This document shows, one piece after another, positions 60,850 to 64,000 of a DNA stretch of 64,000 nt (position 1 is its first letter; each line of letters begins with the position of its first letter). The position numbers and the translations under genes were made by a program. Location of the stretch: the NCBI RefSeq assembly GCF_020745735.1, contig NC_083424.1, positions 29,684,999 through 29,748,998 of the forward strand, read 5' to 3'. The notes below the pieces were generated by a model. It was not told where the DNA came from. It was given only the letters and a program-made list of their open reading frames with translations, and searched no databases. This DNA is from Hemiscyllium ocellatum. Lineage: Eukaryota.

Positions 60850-61802
60850 CCCTTTTTAAATCTTTCCCTCTCATCCTAAACCTATGCCCTCTCGTTCTGC
60901 ACTCTTTCACCCTAGGGAAAGGGCCTTGTCTATTTACCCTATGCATTGTCCATCATGATTTTATAAACCTCTATGAAGTCATCTCTCAGCCTCTGACGCT
61001 CCAGGGAAAATAGCCTCTGCCTATTCAGCCTCTCCCTACAGCTCAAACCCTCCACCCTGGCAACATCTTTGTAATCTTTTCTGAACCCTTTCAAGTTTCA
61101 CTACATCCTTCCTGTTTTAAGGAGACCAGAATTGCATGCAATATTCCAAAAGTGTCCGGACCAATGTCTGTACAGCCATACTCAATGCTCTGACTAATAA
61201 AGTAAAGCATACCAAATGCCACCTTTGCTATCCTGTCTACCTGTGATTCCACTTTCAAGGAACTATGAACCGGCACTGCAAGGTCTGTTTGTTCCTCAGC
61301 ACTTACTATTAAGTATATAAGTCCTGCCCTGATTTGCCTTTCCACAGTGCAGCATCTCATATTTATCGAAATTAAACACCACCTGCAGCTTCTCGGCCCA
61401 TTGGCCCATCTGATCAAGATCCTGTAACCTTCTTCGCTGTCTGCTACATCTCCAATTTTGGGGTCATCTGCAAACTTACTAACTATACATCTTACGTTCA
61501 CATCATTTATATAAGTGACAAAAAGCAGTGGACTTAGCACTGATCCTTGTGGCACTCCACTGGTCACAGGCCTGCAGTCTGAAAAACAACCCTCTGTCTT
61601 CTACCTTTGAGCCAGTCCAATATCGAAATGGCTAGTTTTCCCCGTATTCCGTGAGATTGAACTTTGCTAACCAGTCTACCATGAAGAACCTTACTGAAGT
61701 CCATATAAATCACATCCACTGCTTTGCCCTCATCAATTCTCTTCGTTACTTCAAAAAACTTAATGAAGTTAGTGAGACATGATTTCCCATGCACAAAGCC
61801 AT
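60850..61802 (-). mobile_element. CR1 LINE RT fragment
   Basis: HGFVHGKSCLTN, DVIYMDFSK, TSGVPQGSVL and SKFADD. Confidence 0.9.
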
Positions 61803-62411
61803 GAAGTGGCAGAAATTGGATTAGAGGGATTGAAATGAATTTTTGAGCAATGGAAATGGAAAAAAAAAGCTTATTACATTCCAAAGTTAGATATTTTTCA
61901 TACGTTTTGTAGTACTTGTGAATCTTCAAAAGGTTTGTTGGACAATGTAAAGACTTATCTTTTATTCTGGTTAACATTTTTAAGGGCGCACAATATTTTA
62001 AAGGTGTAAGTCTCTTTTTTTGGATAAGAGATTGTTTTCAAGAATGCAATTTTTTTGTCAAATTCATCTGATTAAATGTTGTTTAGTTGTATCAAGTTGT
62101 CTTAGTTCAGCGTGCACTTCCTATGTCATGTTGCTGTTTCACCTTCTAGTCACATCTGAGCATTTATTCCCAATATTTCAGTTTGTCTTAATTCTAGCTG
62201 GTTCTTTCTATGCCCATCCCAGTTCCGTTGTTTCATTTCACTATCCCAACTTGAGTTTACTTTTACTATTTATTCATGGAATGTGGGTGTCACTGGTAAA
62301 TCCAGCAAATTTTGCCTATCTGTATTATCTTTTTTCAAATCACTGCAACCCATACGGTGAACATTTTTCCAGAGTTGAGTTAGATATTTGAGCTCAGTTT
62401 CTTGCTGAATC

Positions 62412-62618
62412 GTGTTGGATAGGAAGCTGCCAGAAGGCCTTGGCTTATTGGACGAAGATGTTGAGTTCAAGAAGTTCGCTGCTGAAGGCTGGACTGGTTT
62501 GGCTGAAGATGCCTATGTCTTGAAAGATTCCAAGGATAATAACAATGCAGAGGATGATTTTTCTCATCAGTTAAGAACTAAAGTTGGAAAATTTGGATAC
62601 AAGATTGAAACCTCGTAG
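62412..62618 (+). pseudogene. SEM1: Processed SEM1/DSS1 (SHFM1) retrocopy
   Basis: Intronless. LGLLDEDVEF..F.AE.W.GL...EDDFS.QLR....GYKIETS* aligns end to end with SEM1. Start is GTG, two Trp residues and many acidic residues are lost, and an A-rich tract lies at about 62755-62770. Confidence 0.88.
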
Positions 62619-62899
62619 ATGAAGATCTGCACAACAAGAAATTCTGGAAGATAGAGAAGAACGAATACTGCGTAAATGTTTAAAATTGTTTGTGGCAAAA
62701 ACAATACTGTTATATGAATTTTCATTTTTTATTTTCATAGTAAATTGTTTTGGAATATAAAAGAAAAAGAGGTTTCAAGATTTTGACTCATTGACAGAGA
62801 AGAAGCAACAATAAAATGCCAAGTTAAGATTGTGTGAATTGTAAGAAGAACCTGCAGCAGGGATGTGTTGCAATGCACATTTTACCTGAGCCCTCCTAG

Positions 62900-63553
62900 A
62901 TGCTTCAGGTTTGCAGGTTACTGTTAAATGGTCATCCAGTTCTAATGGAGGTCAGTACCAGCATGGCCACTTCAGTGGTTGCAGAACCAGTCTTTAATAA
63001 CATTTGCTTTAGACTCAAACCCTTAAGTTTGTACAAGACCTTGCCTAGGCTGAGAACTTCCACAGGGGAACGTTTGCAGATTTCGGGTACAACTTCATTT
63101 CTACTGGTTCATTTACCAGTGATTTGTACTAAAGGGCTCTGGGCCAAAGCTTGATGGGTGAATTAGTTGAGAGAAATTCGTCAAGCTTGGCTCAATATTT
63201 TTCAATTTGAAAATGGCTGTTGAGTGAATTCCCAATAAAATACGCAGATTCATCCAGAAAGGTCTAGGGACTCTCAAAAGGAGCCAAGGCCTTGCATGTT
63301 GACCAAGAAGCAATTTTTCAATTCTGCAAGACTCTCCCAATGCCATTTGTCCTCAGGCAAAAATAGAGGCAATACGGTTAGAAAGTTGGAAAGTGAAAGA
63401 GTTACACCAATGCAATGTGCGGAATGGGCAGTACTGAAGTCTGACGGGAAGGGGCGGTTTGCCTTTGAGGCAATTTTAAATAAACATTAAATCACATTTT
63501 GCATCTGGATAAGTACCCAATTCCTCAGATAGATGATTTATATGTATAGCTGG

Positions 63554-63585
<32 letters not shown>

Positions 63586-64000
63586 CGCTCTCCTTCACGA
63601 AGCCGGACATACACTAAGCTTATATGTAATTGCAGTTGGATGAGGATTCCCAGAAGTATGTTGCAGTTAATACCTCTAAGGGTCTGTACCAATATACAAG
63701 GCTGCCATGTGGGCTATCATTGACCTATTAAATTTTTCAGTGGAAGATGGAGAACATTTTGCAAGGACTATCTCAGGTCGCCATTTATTTAGATGATGTG
63801 TTAATAACAGAGAATACTAATAAGGAACACTTGGAGAATGTGGACATAGTCCTTAGACATTTTTCTGAAGTGGGCATATCCTGAAGAAGGGTTAAATGTG
63901 TGCTCCAGGCCCTCCAAATGACCTACTTGGGCTACAGAGTCGACAAGACTGGGTTACACCTGTTGGAAGATTAACTGAGGGCAATCAAAGGTGCCCGACT
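62900..64000 (+). mobile_element. Gypsy/Ty3 LTR retrotransposon pol remnant (protease-like + RT), runs off the window end
   Basis: LLNGHPVLMEVST (decayed aspartic protease), DEDSQKYVAVNTSKGLYQYTRLP at about 63640-63710, IYLDDVLIT at about 63783-63810; stops and frameshifts. Confidence 0.85.

Noticed and set aside
63555-63585. Long poly-G run (also about 20985-21003 and 53341-53352) as G-quadruplexes
   Set aside because: Pure homopolymers, two of them inside decayed TEs; likely slippage or sequencing artefact.
1-64000. CRISPR arrays, rRNA or prokaryotic operons
   Set aside because: The sequence is intron-rich vertebrate DNA; no regularly spaced repeat-spacer array or rRNA similarity seen.

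Overview
Eukaryotic, AT-rich, repeat-dense vertebrate DNA. The tRNA-derived V-domain SINEs (HE1-like), abundant CR1 LINEs and Penelope-derived repeats point to an elasmobranch (shark). Genes: (1) the last three exons of an uncharacterised + strand gene (5174-7732); (2) a complete 10-exon RSRC2 on the - strand (36218-13254, 553 aa, expanded RS repeats); (3) the promoter and first three coding exons of KNTC1/ROD on the + strand, divergent from RSRC2; (4) a processed SEM1/DSS1 retrocopy in a KNTC1 intron. The rest is mostly CR1 fragments (one near full length), SINEs, solo LTRs, a TA-flanked MITE, a Penelope remnant and a Gypsy pol remnant. Most interesting: about 14 minimal type I hammerhead-ribozyme motifs from three Penelope-derived families, several with intact cores in sense with host introns; a candidate conserved poison exon plus a frameshifting alternative acceptor in RSRC2; a possible Bro-N-like domain and an HCF-1-binding motif in the uncharacterised gene; and a 297-bp near-perfect inverted duplication fused to the 5' end of a SINE. 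Gene identities come from remembered protein sequences, no searches were run, and repeat boundaries are approximate unless TSDs are given.
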